Source: Tubulanus polymorphus (lineage: Eukaryota; Animalia; Nemertea). Taken from it: a stretch of 64,000 bases of DNA. Location: positions 15,680,950-15,744,949 of the forward strand of contig NC_134029.1 of the NCBI RefSeq assembly GCF_964204645.1, read 5' to 3'. The notes below the pieces were generated by a model. The model ran no database searches and was not told where the DNA came from. It was given only the letters and a program-made list of their open reading frames with translations. The translations under genes and the position numbers were made by a program. Below, one piece after another: positions 45,965-60,059 of this stretch (the stretch's first letter is position 1; each line of letters begins with the position of its first letter).

Positions 45965-48900
45965 CGGTTCCTGAACTTCGCTGAAAAAGCTGAAACACTG
46001 AAACCCTGAAATAAAAACGCTGAAATTTCTGGGAATTTCCGAAAAACGCCAAAATTTCAGGGAATTCCCGAAAACGCTGAAATCGTGCTAGGTACCGACA
46101 AAACACGTTTTGAAATATTTTCCGGGCCGGTATCCGCTGCCGATTCCTGAACCGTGTCTTAGTCTCTACCTTCGGTTACGGAGACATGCGTGGACAGTAT
46201 GTGTGGAGTATACTTCTAGAAGGCCACTTGTTGGACAAATTAATTCGCTTGAAATCCGAATTTTCAATTCATACAGGCAGCATAATGAGGAAAACCCATT
46301 CACAAACCGTGCAAGCCAACTTAAACACTATGCTCAATATTCCAAGAATATGGTTTACTTCTGCAAGACGCAAAAAATCTTATTTGACCGCTCATGTATA
46401 AAACATGATTATCACTCATGAGCAACTTTTCTTGTGTCAACATGTTGATGGGCGACGGACTATGGTATTCTCTGAAGGAGGTAAATTGAATTTGACAGCT
46501 AGTTATATAAATGATGCAGCTTTGGACAAAAGGGATCTAACTAAATTTCTTTTAATTCACCGTGGAATGGAATGGATTGACGCCAATGGCATGCAGTGGG
46601 CCCCTACGTGTGGGTCATTCTAATTAGCGTCAACCAATTAATCTAAATCGGGCAAACCATTCAACAATTGTGAATAATTTATTTGCTGTGGTGTGATAAT
46701 AATTAGTTTTTTTAAAAGAAATGACATACTTACTGTTTCATTAGGATATGAAGCAATTGAACCAGAACTCAAGCCCGAGTTAAGCGAACTATTGATTCTG
46801 ATATAATGTAAGAACTGATATCCTTTGTGTACTCTTGCAGAATGTGTTATGTATTATTTTAAGCTGTTAAATAATATAGTTAGACAAACGTACAATTATT
46901 GGATCTTTCTTGTTGAGTCGTTTAATTTTGTGAGTTTAGAGTTCCAGTCAATCCACAATGTGCAGTGCCTTGCCTTCATCTACATTAAAGCCAAGCCTGT
47001 GTATGGGAAAATGTCGTTCGACTCTTATAAGCCAGACAAATCAAAGCATGCAATATATTGCAGATAGTAGTCTCCAGCAAGTTGAAAGAGAAAGTAAACC
47101 AGGTTTTACCCCGTACCCTACCCGGGAACAAAAGACACTTCAAGACTCCTTCCTCCTTGTAGAAATATGGCACCCAATCGTAGCAAAGCTAAGTACAGTA
47201 TACCATGACGGTTGAACCTTTATCAACGAATTTCAATGACACCGAAAATAGAATCAAAATAATCATAAGTTCCATGCTATATGCTTAAAATTTCACGGCA
47301 GCGCGGCGGATCGCCGATCGGTCACGCTCGAGCAGCAGCAACAACATCGCGGTCGGCAACAACATTTAGTCTCCGCCCTTCTTTCACCAAATAAGGAATT
47401 CGGTTCCGCTAGCCACGTGCACTGCTTATTTACTTGAGCCGTAGATTCCCGGTACTCGACATTACCGGAGGATTAGAAACAAATGAATATTTTTTGTAAG
47501 AGAAATCAATTTTTGTATTGACATTTGAATTTTCCTGCTTAATTAATTCGATTCTTTCTGGCAGAAAATAATATTCCGATTGATGCGTTTCAACGCGTCT
47601 TCCATTTTTCTCCGTATCGTATCGTATCGTATCGTATCGTATCGTATCGTATCGTATCGTATCGTATCGTATCGTATCGTATCGTATCGTATCGTATCGG
47701 TTACAACCAACGGGAGGCATTATTTGCCTATTTCTAGTTTGTCTAATTAATCCGTAATAAAAAAGTTCGTAGTAATCTTCTTGTCCTTTTGTTTTCGGAT
47801 GGTGCTAATTTCTAAATTAACAACCAGGTCAAAATTCTTCAATCTTGCAAATAACCAGTCTCAGTCTGACTCAGTTTCACTTCGAAATGTCGGTTATATA
47901 GTGGTTCTGCAAAGTGGTTTAAACCATTGAATAATTCTTGATACACTAATCTAAATCGAAATAGTTTTTAGCAGTGATAAACATAGCTACGGGTAAGCCA
48001 AAGACCAAAAATTAATATTAATAACTAATTCAGTTGGAAAATTGGGTTTTTTTGGCAGAAAATTGAATTCATTATCTTAAAAGCCCAAATTTTCTATAAC
48101 CAGAAATGAATCAAACCTTAGAGTTACAGTTTCATCGTGTTTCCCCCTCCGCCAACCCTCTGGCATTATTTTTCATTTTTCCAAGTTTTATCTAAGAATT
48201 GATATGCTTTGGGCCCAAAGTACAATTTCAATTTGAAATAAAATTGATCAAAATTACTTTCCAGTTCCATGGGATTGACTACAATTAATTTTCTCTGTGT
48301 GTTCCTAGTCAATGACAATATTTTGAGTGTATTTCGTTTATACACTCAAAATACACAATACATACACAATTCACAATATCAAAATATAGCTGCATAGCAG
48401 CGATAACGGGTTTCTGCCTAACTGGTTCATATGTTGCAATGGGAAGCGTAAAAAAGATTTCATCGAAATTATTCAAATCCGTCCATAACATAGGACTATT
48501 TCCAAGACGCGCAACCTGGGTCAACAATATGCTGGATTATGTGGATCCAAAAGGGCTACCATGTAAAAAGTACCGATGTACCAAGTCTAATCAAAATGGC
48601 TTTGAGGATACCGAAGATATGGTCCCCCGGTGGCAGTTGTATCAACTTAAACGTCGCGTGTCGAGGCAGGTGGTGGCAAAAAAAAGAAATACTTCCGGGA
48701 AAATTTTTTTGAAGACGCAAGGCATTGACTGATCAATTGTGTTGTTTTCATTCTTAATTTACATTTGATTTGGCAGGTCATCTTGCTTAGCAGTCCGTTT
48801 GTCAAAGCATCAAAGCAACACAGTCCAACTTGTTCATGTCTCAGATGCAGCGGGCCAGGGCGGTCATTATATTGCTAACTTATCCAAATTACACTTACAA

Positions 48901-51067
48901 CAGCCCAACGTTTTTCAGTGTGTAAACTTTATCATATCTGCATTATAGGACATTCAGGAATTGAATTTTAGCCATCTGAGCCCTCGGCTTGATTCGAGCA
49001 TTTTCTAAATTTCTGAAGAATGCTTTCTCTGGTTTTAAGATCCATTCAATTTCAATCAAAGTCAATTAAATTTTCATTTTATTGAAAGAAATTCTACTGA
49101 TTACAGATTTTGAACTGAATGATGTGTTGATTTATCCAAGCCAAAAAAATTACAGCAAAATCAACTGGTGATCAACGAGTTGAAGTTTTCATTTATCTTC
49201 GGATATTTGTCTACCCCCTGATGATACAAGCTTTTTGGCTACACCTTTTGAAACATCAACGCCTGATCTAATCACACCAATTAGTCAGCCACAGTTGATT
49301 TTCATGCCATCTGACCTCTTTGCACCTGTAATTAAGCAATGAAATGTAATAATTACTCGGTTATATAATATCATAGAGGAGTGAAAGAAAGTATAATAAC
49401 TGATTACTTATCCAAATATTGTAAACATGGCAACTGAAAAAATAACAATTACATAAAACGTCAAGAACTTACAGCATCTGAGACAGTTGCGCTTAAGTTA
49501 CGAGAATGACGAAAAATCTTGATTTAGAACGTACACTTGCACACTGTGGTTTAAATTTATTTCCACCAGCTGCAAGAATCGGCAAAGGAATTGAAGACCG
49601 TAGTGACCAGTTCATTCCACGAATAATAGCTGGAAAGAAAGTAATCGAAATAAATAGTCGTACACATAAATGTAAACCAGCCTCTTACTAACAACTGAGG
49701 CTTTCCACTGTCTCTATTCACTACATTTAGGGCCTATTCTAGGTGTATCCCCCCAAAAAAGCTAGGTAAAGTAGCTAGCCAACAATGATCATTGCTTCAC
49801 CGAGTACTCATTTGCTACCATATGTACTAATATTATAAAGAAATCATGTAAAACATTCCCTGGTTAACGGATTCTCACCTTAAATTACGTAAAAACTGCT
49901 GTCGTTGTCATCGATCTGAGTCGTCGAGTGAACGCGGAGGTAAAAGTCCGTATGAAAATTCCTACCATTTCTGTCCATATTACGTTGAATCGAGCCAAAA
50001 ATCTTCAGGAAATGTAGCCAACGTAAATTGATTTACGAATAGAATTAACCAATTGACTCATTTTAAGGATCATGGTTTCGTGAAATTCATTAAAGGTCCT
50101 AAAACTCGCGATGAATTTAAGCCGAAAATGATTTCAACCATCCGCCATGTTTCATTCATAAGACACTTATTACGCACCGGCTGTAGTTATCGTTCGTGGG
50201 AAATGACGGATCCGGACTAATTGTTAGGCCGATTCCGTGATTTACGGTTGACTCAAGGTCGTGCGGTAAATTTTAGGCTTTTCGGGGTGCACTTTTATCA
50301 ATGGATGACGATTCTTTGCGTTATTCTTGTCGCTGTTTAGACCCGGTAATTATGCGGGATTAATTCATAATCGATTACTATACGCAAATTCGAAATGGTC
50401 AGGCGCTGAGTTATATTTCTGACAGAATTTAAAATTACGTTTATAAGCGGTTGGTAGTCGAATCTAAGAGGAGTTACATTTTATGAAAAATTTTTGGCTG
50501 GAAGGTGGACCATAAATAATAATAATAATCAACAGGAATACAAGAGGGTTTCTGCGAAAGCAGCAGAAACCCTAAATACACGAGGTTGTTTTCGAATCGA
50601 AATGATTTGTTAGTATAGAAAATCAAATTAAATCAAGCTGTGACGAAGCGTCCGTCACTTAGATTTCATCTATTACATATTATTACTGTAATTAAGAATT
50701 TATTCAATGTTAGATCGTACCGGTATATGCACATAAAACAAAAAACACATCTAACAATCCACGCAATCAGCAATCGATCAAGTCGAACATGACGACGACC
50801 TTAAGGCATGTCTCTGTAACCGAAGGTAGAGACTAAAACATGGTTCAGGACTCGGCAGCGGACACCGGCCCGGAAAATATTTCAAAACGTGTATTGTCGG
50901 TACCTCAACGATTTTAGCGTTTTTCGGGAATTCCCTGAAATTTCGGCGTTTTTCGGGAATTCCCTGAAATTTCGGCGTTTTTCGGAAATTCCCTGAAATT
51001 TCAAGGTTTTTATTTCAGCGTTTCAGCGTTTCAGTGTTTCAGCCTTTTCAGCGAAGTTCAGGAACCG
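45965..51067. mobile_element. Inner MULE-like element nested in the outer one
   Basis: ~225-260-bp TIRs starting CGGTTCCTGAACTTCGCTGAAA; 9-bp TSD TATGATGAG (45956-45964, 51068-51076); no intact transposase seen. Confidence 0.82.
47613..47697 (+). repeat. (CGTAT)n pentanucleotide microsatellite, about 17 copies
   Basis: Directly visible. Confidence 0.95.
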
Positions 51068-51715
51068 TATGATGAGTTTCCTTTTTCATCTGTAAATGAT
51101 TTCCTGACGCTGAGTATTACATTTGCAGGTTACGCATAACTCTTGGGTCCCTTCCAACTTTATCATGATATGATTGGATTTTTTATGAGTATGTAATGTC
51201 TAGTACACATTTTTTCAAAACCGTTGTCGGCACTATCGGGTTTTCTTATGTGCTTCAGCATTGGGTTTTGAATGAATTCTTAAGCAGCAGAATCATAAAT
51301 CTCAGTTTATTGATTTAATTGAAAATCATTCGTGGCTCATAACGACTGTGAATTTGGCTTCGTCGTCTGCATAATTTCAACAACACGGTATAACGGAAAT
51401 GACTGAAATTGAGCTAGATAAAGTAAAATTCAATTTAGCTTTATTGTCCGTTAAATTAACTCACCAATTTCTGCGTTTCTGCATTTCTGCGTTTTGAAGG
51501 AACCGCATAACACCATCCGATTTAACAAGTACTCTTAATTAACAATATAGAAATCCAATAGCATGACATAATTATGCAATATGTGAAGTGTTGACTCAGC
51601 TGTGCTAGGCAGCCTATGAAATGCAGCTGATTCCTTTGAGCTAGGCTTCTAGTTTTAAACGTAGAAGAGTTAATTTACCGCTATATATGTATCATCGAAA
51701 CATTTTGAATTGCAG

Positions 51716-51841
51716 ATATTGATGAATGTGACCAAGATCAAAATAAGTGCCGCCCATCAGGAGTTTGTGTCAACAGCGCTGGCAGCTTTAAGTGCGCCTG
51801 TCGTAGAGGTTTCCGAATGGGCGAGGATGGGAAATGCACAG
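51716..51841 (+). CDS. FBN: Fibrillin-like gene, cbEGF exon
   Basis: cag|...|gtaaac, 126 bp, phase 1: (D)IDECDQDQNKCRPSGVCVNSAGSFKCACRRGFRMGEDGKCT. Confidence 0.85.
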
Positions 51842-53437
51842 GTAAACGAGACGCTGAGCTAAACAGAAGTAGCAAATATTTTCAGCAAAATCTTTAACAA
51901 TAAAATTACTTCAAGCGTAATTTCAAACAAAGTATAAAAGTTTGCCACATGGTAAAAGCTCAGCAAAGTTAAGAATATTTCACAAACTCAACGGTTATAA
52001 GGCCTACGTTTATAGAACTATTCTGTACAACTGTGGTAGAATGGCGGAAATCAATTACTTTTAGACTGCTTCCGTAGAGTGATTGCACGTAATTCAAGCT
52101 TCAAATGTAAATCACTTCTGATCATATTGAAATGAATGGATATCGAATCTTTGTAAAAAGATAACTATCGTATTCAGTAGTTAACAAACACTTAGTACCA
52201 GTAAATTTTTTTTTAATTTTTTCATTAAACACTGAACACCTGAATGACAGGTGCGCGAATTTTCTGAACGCGCACTGGCTATTTTATATGCGTGCGACGT
52301 CGCACGGTCTATACAGTGATTACAACGTGCGCTGTACTCACATTATCATTGCAAGTTTTCTTCCTACTCGATGCCGACTGAATTCACGGTTAAGCATTGG
52401 AATTATTATTTTCATCATAACTCCAATCATTTTAAACGTAATCAATATTTGACAATTTTTACCTTCAATTGGCGTAGTAGCACGGTAGACAAACACGACG
52501 ACTAAGACGAGATTAAAACAGTACCAGTATAGTTTCCCACGCCATATGAGACATAAAGCGCAAGCTGATCAATGTAATATGCATACAAATCAGGTCATAT
52601 GAGATAAACACGGATAACTAAAACTTTGGGTAACATGAAATATCAATATGAATTTAGAAATTCCTGCGAGCTTGAATGCAGCGCGTAGCAGTAATTGTAT
52701 ATATATTGTTCTAGATCAAAGGTCGAACGGTCGAGCTCATTCAAAAATAAATATTAAAGTAATTTAAAACTATGATATATATTCATAGCCGTGTGTATTT
52801 CATATATTATAAATAGATATTTATTCAAAAATATTAATAATTTCAATTTTAAAAGCATATTGTCTGAAATCAATTGGTCAATTGGTATCCATATAATCAA
52901 ATATATTCTAATAATGATAATTATTCTATTATTTAATCTACAATACACACGGCTATGAAAATATATTATAGTTTTAAACTACTTTTAATATTTGTTTTAT
53001 AATGAGCGCAATCTTTCAACCTTTAATCTAGAACTATATATGAAAATCATATTTATGAAAATTTTAATAAAAAATTTGATATAAAGATAGAGAGTAAACA
53101 AATACACAGTGAATTCTTAGATAGAATTAAAGATAATACAAATGTCAAATCTGTAGATTATATTCATAAACAGATTTAACAATCTATAAGAAATATTTAA
53201 TTACAAATATTGAAACAATTACTAATAGGTATGGAGATAAATTAGTTATCCACTTAGAATGTGAAGGATTAAAAGGAAATAAATGTAAATTCAGAACATA
53301 TTTACCAGATAGATTTCATAGAATATCTAATGAAGATATCGAAGAGTTATGTTCTGGAATATTCGATTTCATATATAAAGGTAAGAATGAAAAAGGGCAC
53401 CATGATATAGATTTCGAATGAAAAATACATAAAATAA

Positions 53438-53863
53438 ATGCAAGATAAATTAAAAGAATATAGAATATTTGTTGATTCAAGAAGACTTACAAATTATAAA
53501 TCTCATAATTTATTGATACAACTAGATAGAGAATTTAGAAATTGTGTTGATTTAAAATTAGTTAATATTAGTTTAAGTAACTCGGTTTACAATATATCGG
53601 ATAGAACTATTGAACATAAAGCCTTTTTGATTTTAATAAACGTAAAAATAAATGGTATCATCTATATCTAAAACCAGGGTTATATAATTTAGATACATTG
53701 TCACAAGAAATTAATAGAAAAGCCTGGCAATTAGGTAGTGATTCCGGGTTTGGCGTTAGATTTTTAAAAAGTGATAGTTCTAATAAAATAAAGATTAGGT
53801 TAGCTCATAGTGAAAAACATCAATTTTTAGTTAAAAAACCTATAGCTAAACTGTTACGAATGT
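53438..53863 (+). pseudogene. Minor capsid protein, 5' part (relic)
   Basis: LKEYRIFVDSRRLTNYKSHNLLIQLDREF nearly identical to 15671-15985. Confidence 0.8.
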
Positions 53864-54315
53864 AAGATATCAAAATTATTTAGATAAATCACATATTAGA
53901 TTAAATTATTGTATAGGTCCTAATCTATTAATTATTTCTAATTATTTAATATTAAAAATGGGAAATATAATTGGTTATAATAATCTTATAAATACTGCAA
54001 CAATAAATAAACAGTTTGGATTAAATGATATAAATAAAAAAATTATCTACGCTCCAAAATAAATGGAAGGTGAAAAAATTTTAAAGAATATTCAATCAAC
54101 AGAAACTAAAACTAAGAATATTAAATCAAATAATGATTCAAAAATAAAAGATTATAATACATCAGAAAGTAAAAAAACTGATAATATCCAGCATGAAATA
54201 ATTTAAACTAATGATGATAATAAATCACATGAAAATACTAAATTAGCTATAACTTGTATAGGAATTGTAATAGGAGGAATATTATATTTTAGATTTCAAT
54301 CTTTTTATTATGTAA

Positions 54316-55727
54316 ATGGTAGAAGTCGGAGAAGCTTATGAAATGGACGACATGGGAAATGATGATGGATATTTTCATGACGATTATGATAGTGCAGGTG
54401 TTAAACTTGATAATGATAATGAAACAAAGCGTAATAATAATTTAAATACATCTGATTATATTAAAATAGCAGAATCACAAATAAATCCTGAAAATGTAAT
54501 TCCAGATTGAGTAAAAAAAAAGATTTAGATAATATAAACAATATACCTAAATTAAAACATTTACTTGAAAATTCTAAACATAATATAAATGATGGAAACG
54601 TTAAACCTTTAGCAGAAAAATTTGAATTTTTAGGTACTGATGACTGTTATTATTATTTGCAAGCCGATTATTATGTTGATATCACTTACATCAAAAAAAA
54701 TAAAATATTAGAAAGATTATCTTTGAGAAAATTAGACCCATCTAGAACTAAGAAAATAAATAATAATAATGAAATAACTGATGTTACCAACACAGAAAAA
54801 GGCCCATATAAAATAATACTTAGAAATAAAATTGATGACTTATTTGAAATAATAAAAAAAGTCGGAAACAACTTCTGAACAGAATATAACTTCCAAAACT
54901 AGTAAACTTAAATCAACCGAAGTTCAAACTGAAAAACTTTTACCGAATGGATTAATAGATGTAACAGATCAAGAATTAGAAGATTCAAATATATTTTCTG
55001 GTAAAAAAAAATTAAGAGAAATTTTTAGTACAAGACTTGCATCTGATAAAATTGCGCATGAAAAAGATATAACAGATCAAAAAATTAGATTTTTAGAAAA
55101 AGAATTATCTGATAAAAATAAAGAATTAGAACAATTAAAGTCTGATTTAGATCATCAAGTAATTGATGAAATAGAATATAGACAAAAAGAATTACGTTTA
55201 GAAAACGAAATTGATGATTTAAAAGATGCTTTAGAAGTACAGAAAGGTGAAAGAGATGTATTATTAAAAGAATTTGGTAATAATTTTAAAAGATTAAAAG
55301 ATATTCTTAAAAGATATCTAATAAAACCAAATTCTAGAATGTCAATGAAAGAAAGAATGGAATTATTTAAGTTAGAAGGTATCACAATTCTTTCAATTCT
55401 GACAGCTGTTACTATGATATTTACAACAATAGGTTTAGCTATATCAAATTCATTAAAATCTACACCTACACCTAATAAACCGGATACACCTCCAAGTCAT
55501 AATTCTATACAGGATAAAGTTAATGATGGTTTAAAAAAATTAGCGAAATATTTAATCTGCTTAAAAAATCTGCTGCAGCATTACCCGGAATTATTGCATC
55601 AATTGTTGGTTTTGTTTTAAAGTCTGCTGGAAATGTTATTAACTTTGCCGCTGAACATATTATTTTATTTTTAATGACAGTTGTTAGTGCAATTATTTTT
55701 GGATCACTTAACATGATAAAAAAATAA
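54316..55727 (+). pseudogene. Homolog of the 445-aa coiled-coil/TM gene (relic)
   Basis: EGITILSILTAVTMIFTTIGLAISNSLKSTPTPNKPD matches 10972-12309; frameshifted. Confidence 0.85.
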
Positions 55728-55752
55728 ATAATTAATTTTTTTTCTTAAATAA

Positions 55753-56961
55753 ATGAGTGGGAGTTATATAAATCCTTCTAAGAATTCTAGAATATCTAAT
55801 GCCATTAAAGCGGAAAGATCTCATCATATCATTACTCATAATCCTTCTAATATTAATCCTGATGAAACTTTATATGTTAGAATCCCTCGATTAACACAAA
55901 ATACTTGTTCCAAATAGTATTTATTTATCAGCTGATATAAAAGTAACTGGTAATAATAATAATTATGTCGCAGATAGTGTTGGAAGATATTTGATTAAAA
56001 AATTTATTGTAAAGATTGGGCCAGAAACAGTTTTTTCATTAGATGATTATAATTTATTTATGCATTGTAAAGATTTATGGTTAACAAAGGAAGATAGAAA
56101 TAATATGATATTTCAAGGAATTCAACCCTCAAATCAAAATAGAAGAAGATCTGGAGCTAATAATGCAGTAGTAGCTAATGACGTAGATAATTTAATAAAA
56201 CAGCTTTTTGGAAGCAAATATAAAATTCCATTAGATTTTGAATTGTTAAATAATAATGCGCCGTTATATAAATATGCAATTCAAGAAGATATTATATTCG
56301 AAATAACATTTGCTCCTGTTAATGAAATTGTATTATCTAGCGTTGTTTATGGGTTATAAATTATCGAATATATGTTTAGAATATGACACGGTAACTGATG
56401 AAAATATTGCAATTCAAACTGAATACAATCAAGGATTTTCATTATTATATGATTATATTGATAAATTTAAAACTGTAACTATTAATGCAAATGATGAAAT
56501 AATTAATGAGAATATTAACTTCCCAACAAGATTTATTAAAGGCGAATTAATATTTTTTACCATTGCAACATGTTCTAATGGTGCAATAAAAGTTGATAAT
56601 TATTATAATCCTGAAATATCAAAAGTAGAAATAACAATTGAAGGTATAGCAAATAAATTATTTTGTCAAGGAATGAGAATGATTGATCAATGGGTAGAAA
56701 TTAAAAAACATTTTATGAATGAAAAAAAAAAACTCTGAAGATTGTAATATTAATCAAATTGATTATTATGCTTGTAATAAATATGCATTATGGTTAGATT
56801 TTTAAACGACAGAGGAACTTATTACATGGTTCTGGTAAAAGATGGTATTCAATTATTTATGAAAAAGAAAAAAGGAGGGTTGAATTATAAAATGCATATT
56901 TATATTATATCTGACGCGCAATTAAATATTATAAATTCAATTAGATAGTGTTATGTATTAA
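55753..56961 (+). pseudogene. Major capsid protein (relic)
   Basis: MSGSYINPSKN...SVMY collinear with 9684-10931; several frameshifts. Confidence 0.88.
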
Positions 56962-56993
56962 AATTTTAATTTCAATAAAAAAATTTATAATAA

Positions 56994-57950
56994 ATGGAAG
57001 GCGGAATATATGAAATACAAATTCCAAGTGAAATGATATCAGATATATATTATATATTACCTTATGAATATAGTAAGTATTTTGGAGAATTCTTTAATCA
57101 ATTCAAGTATAGAATAAGTAAAATAGAAACGAATATTGAAACTAAAATAGAAGAAAATATTGAACTTAAAAAAGAAGATAAGAATAATATCGAATCTAAA
57201 ATAGAAGATAATATTGAAACTAAAATAGAAGATTTAACAGCATCTACATCTTATAATAAACCCTCTACATATGATATTGAATCAAAAAAGATTATTATAA
57301 TCCAAAATATTGTGATATATGTAAGGAATATATGTCATATAAAAATTGGACATCACATAAGAAATCAAAGAAACATGTAGAAAAGAAAAGAATAATAATG
57401 ATAATAATATATCTGATAATAATATCATAGATAATTTAATAAATAATGTTAATACAATTGAAACTAACGATACCATAGATAATATAACAGATAATGTTAA
57501 TACAATTGAAACTAATAATAATAATATAACAGATGACGAAACAATTGATGATTCTAAAAAACATTGTAACATTTGTAATTTAGATATTTCTTAAAGTAAT
57601 TTTTCTAAACATAAAAAATCTCAGGGACATATAGAAAATGAAAAGAAATTAGAAGAACATGAAAAAATTTAGCAGAAAAAAAAGAAATAAAACGTATCAA
57701 ATATTGTAATAAAAAAATTGAACCTGTTGATGAAAATACTCATTATAAATCAAAATTACATCTAATTAATGTTTATAAAAAGGCGAGTACGATACTATTG
57801 TTAAATAACCCAAAGAAATATATCAAATATTTTGATCCTAAAAGTAGGTAATATTATATATTCTGTAAGTTGTTATTTGATAAATTATTAGCTTATGCAG
57901 AAAATAACCCTAAACAAATATATAGATTATTATATTTTAGAAAAATAGAT
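56994..57950 (+). pseudogene. Zinc-finger accessory gene (relic)
   Basis: 3' two-thirds matches 8441-9640 at nucleotide level; the N-terminal repeat region differs. Confidence 0.8.
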
Positions 57951-57959
57951 TCTAATAAA

Positions 57960-60059
57960 AAATTATTAATTAATTTATTATATTTTGTATTGTACACATG
58001 TAACGTCATAAATATTATTTCATCAAATATTAAGCCAGATCCTTCAAAATATTTCTCTTCTATTTTACTTTTTAAAATACTTTTAAAATCTTACTTTAAC
58101 TGATATTCTAATTTTAGGATATTCTACGTCTGTAATTATTCTTATTCTTATGTTTTTCATATTTTCTAAATGTTTTTTATTTTCTTCTAACGTTTAACCT
58201 TCATGAAATTTAAATTCAATAGCAGCTGGTCCAATTTCAATTGTAAATGCTTCGGTTATTTCAATATCTTTTTTATTATCTAATGAATCAATATAATTTC
58301 TAACATCTTCCATGTATGGTCTTTTATTGTTTAATTTATTTTCTATTGTGTTAATTGTCTTCTGATTCTTGTCAGTATCTTTATCAAAATAATCTTCACC
58401 TAAAATATCATTATTCATATTTCTAATATGATTTTTGTTGTAATGGGTCCAAAAATCGAATTTTTGCTGACAAATGAGGTTATAACTTTGACACGAATTC
58501 ATGCAATCTACTATGTTTATGCGCAAAATGTAGCTTGATCATGCGGCTAAAATCTGTTGGAAATGGAATTTTGAATATCGCGTACATTTAAGAGAAATCG
58601 ACGAATTTTTGGCGATTTTTAAAGAAATTTCAAGGAGCATTTTGTTTCATAAAACGGCTAGAAGGCCGATGCATAACGTTACATTGAAGTAAAATAACTT
58701 CTCCCTGCGGTTGGCTGAGCTCCCGCTGTCAATCAATGTAAGGACATATTCGATTGACGCAGACAAACCGGTCTTTTAATCTTCTCATCTATTAATCTAC
58801 TCGGTTCTAGTTTCTCATTTCCCAGTCATGGGAGAGTCTTATATGTTACTTTTCAATTTGATAGCCGTAGTATCGATTCCGTCTCCCCATATCTACTTCA
58901 TTATGCAAATAACCGAAGATTCAATCAATACGCTACTTCACGGAAGATTATGCGCGCACAATCAAATAGGCCCAAACCTCGTCTCGCTTCAAGTTTTTAG
59001 TTAGCGATATTTTACTTACTATACAACGGCACGCATAATCCTTTAAGTATGATATCCTGACAATGTGTTGAATTCGATAAAACCTCACTTTGAACGCAAA
59101 AGATCACTAGAAATGTCAAAAAACTACCAAAAATCACAAATTTTAGCGATGGCGCTCGAAGCAGCTAACGGAAGTAATGACTGGTGCTGGGTGTCATCAC
59201 TTTGTTGTTGAGTTCAAGACTCTAAGGTGAATTTATTGCAGGCTACACTGATAAATATGAAATAATATTATGAAATAGAATTGATTTTTGAAGGACAACA
59301 CTCGTAGATTCATAATAAAAATATGAAAAGTACCCGGACTCGAACCAGCAATTGAAATTGGGCCGTCAAGTGCTGCCACCATGTGGCAACCAGTCTTTAC
59401 ATCTTCAGCCGTCCTAAAATGTTTTTTGATAATTTTAGGACACTTATAGTGATTTCTAGCCTCTGCAGTGAGGTTTTATCATATCCAACGTAACCGTAGG
59501 TTATCATATTTAAAGGATTACGCGTGACGATATATAGTAAGTAATATCGCTGATTGAAAACTTGAAGCGAGAGATTTTCATTGCAAATGAACTGGAGCAT
59601 GGCTGATAAAGGTTCCAATTTCCGGTTCAGACTAGCGCCATCAAACGATTTATTCAAGAACTTGAATTTGTCGATATCCCGTATTGCCGCGATGATTGCT
59701 GATTAGATTTCGATGATGTTGTTCACCGAAATCAGCAGATTTTACACATCCATGAAGTGTTCAAGGCAAACCTTAAAGATGCATCAATCAGATGGCGCCT
59801 ATACATTACATTATTAGATACATTCTGCGCCCGAGATATTAAGATCCGTGGGTCTCTTGTTAGATTTTAAATGTTCTTTATAATATCTTTTGTTACTGAA
59901 TGATTGATTACATGTATCACATTTATATATTTCTTTTTCATTTCTTTATTCTTCTGATTTATTTCATAAGTGTGTTTTATTTTTATTGTGTCTTGCTTTT
60001 TGAGATTTATCTATATTGATTTTACATGTTGGACAGTAGTACTTCTTCTTTGCTTCCAT
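57960..60059 (-). pseudogene. pPolB N-terminal fragment (relic), interrupted by an unrelated insertion
   Basis: MEAKKKYYCPTCKINIDKSQKARH at 60059 and DILGEDYFDKD..IGPAAIEFKFH match 19721-20431. Confidence 0.82.
58440..59856. mobile_element. Unclassified 1.4-kb insertion in the relic pPolB
   Basis: Abrupt GC shift; Polinton homology stops at 58439 and resumes after 59857; TTGTT on both sides; no clear TIR. Confidence 0.5.

Larger units (their letters stand above)
45574..51505. mobile_element. Outer Mutator-like (MULE) non-autonomous element
   Basis: Inverted termini with GCAGAAATGCAGAAAC repeats; 9-bp TSD CATAACACC (45565-45573, 51506-51514). Confidence 0.7.

Noticed and set aside
47430-47720. 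96-aa ORF with YDTIR repeats
   Set aside because: Translation of the (CGTAT)n microsatellite.
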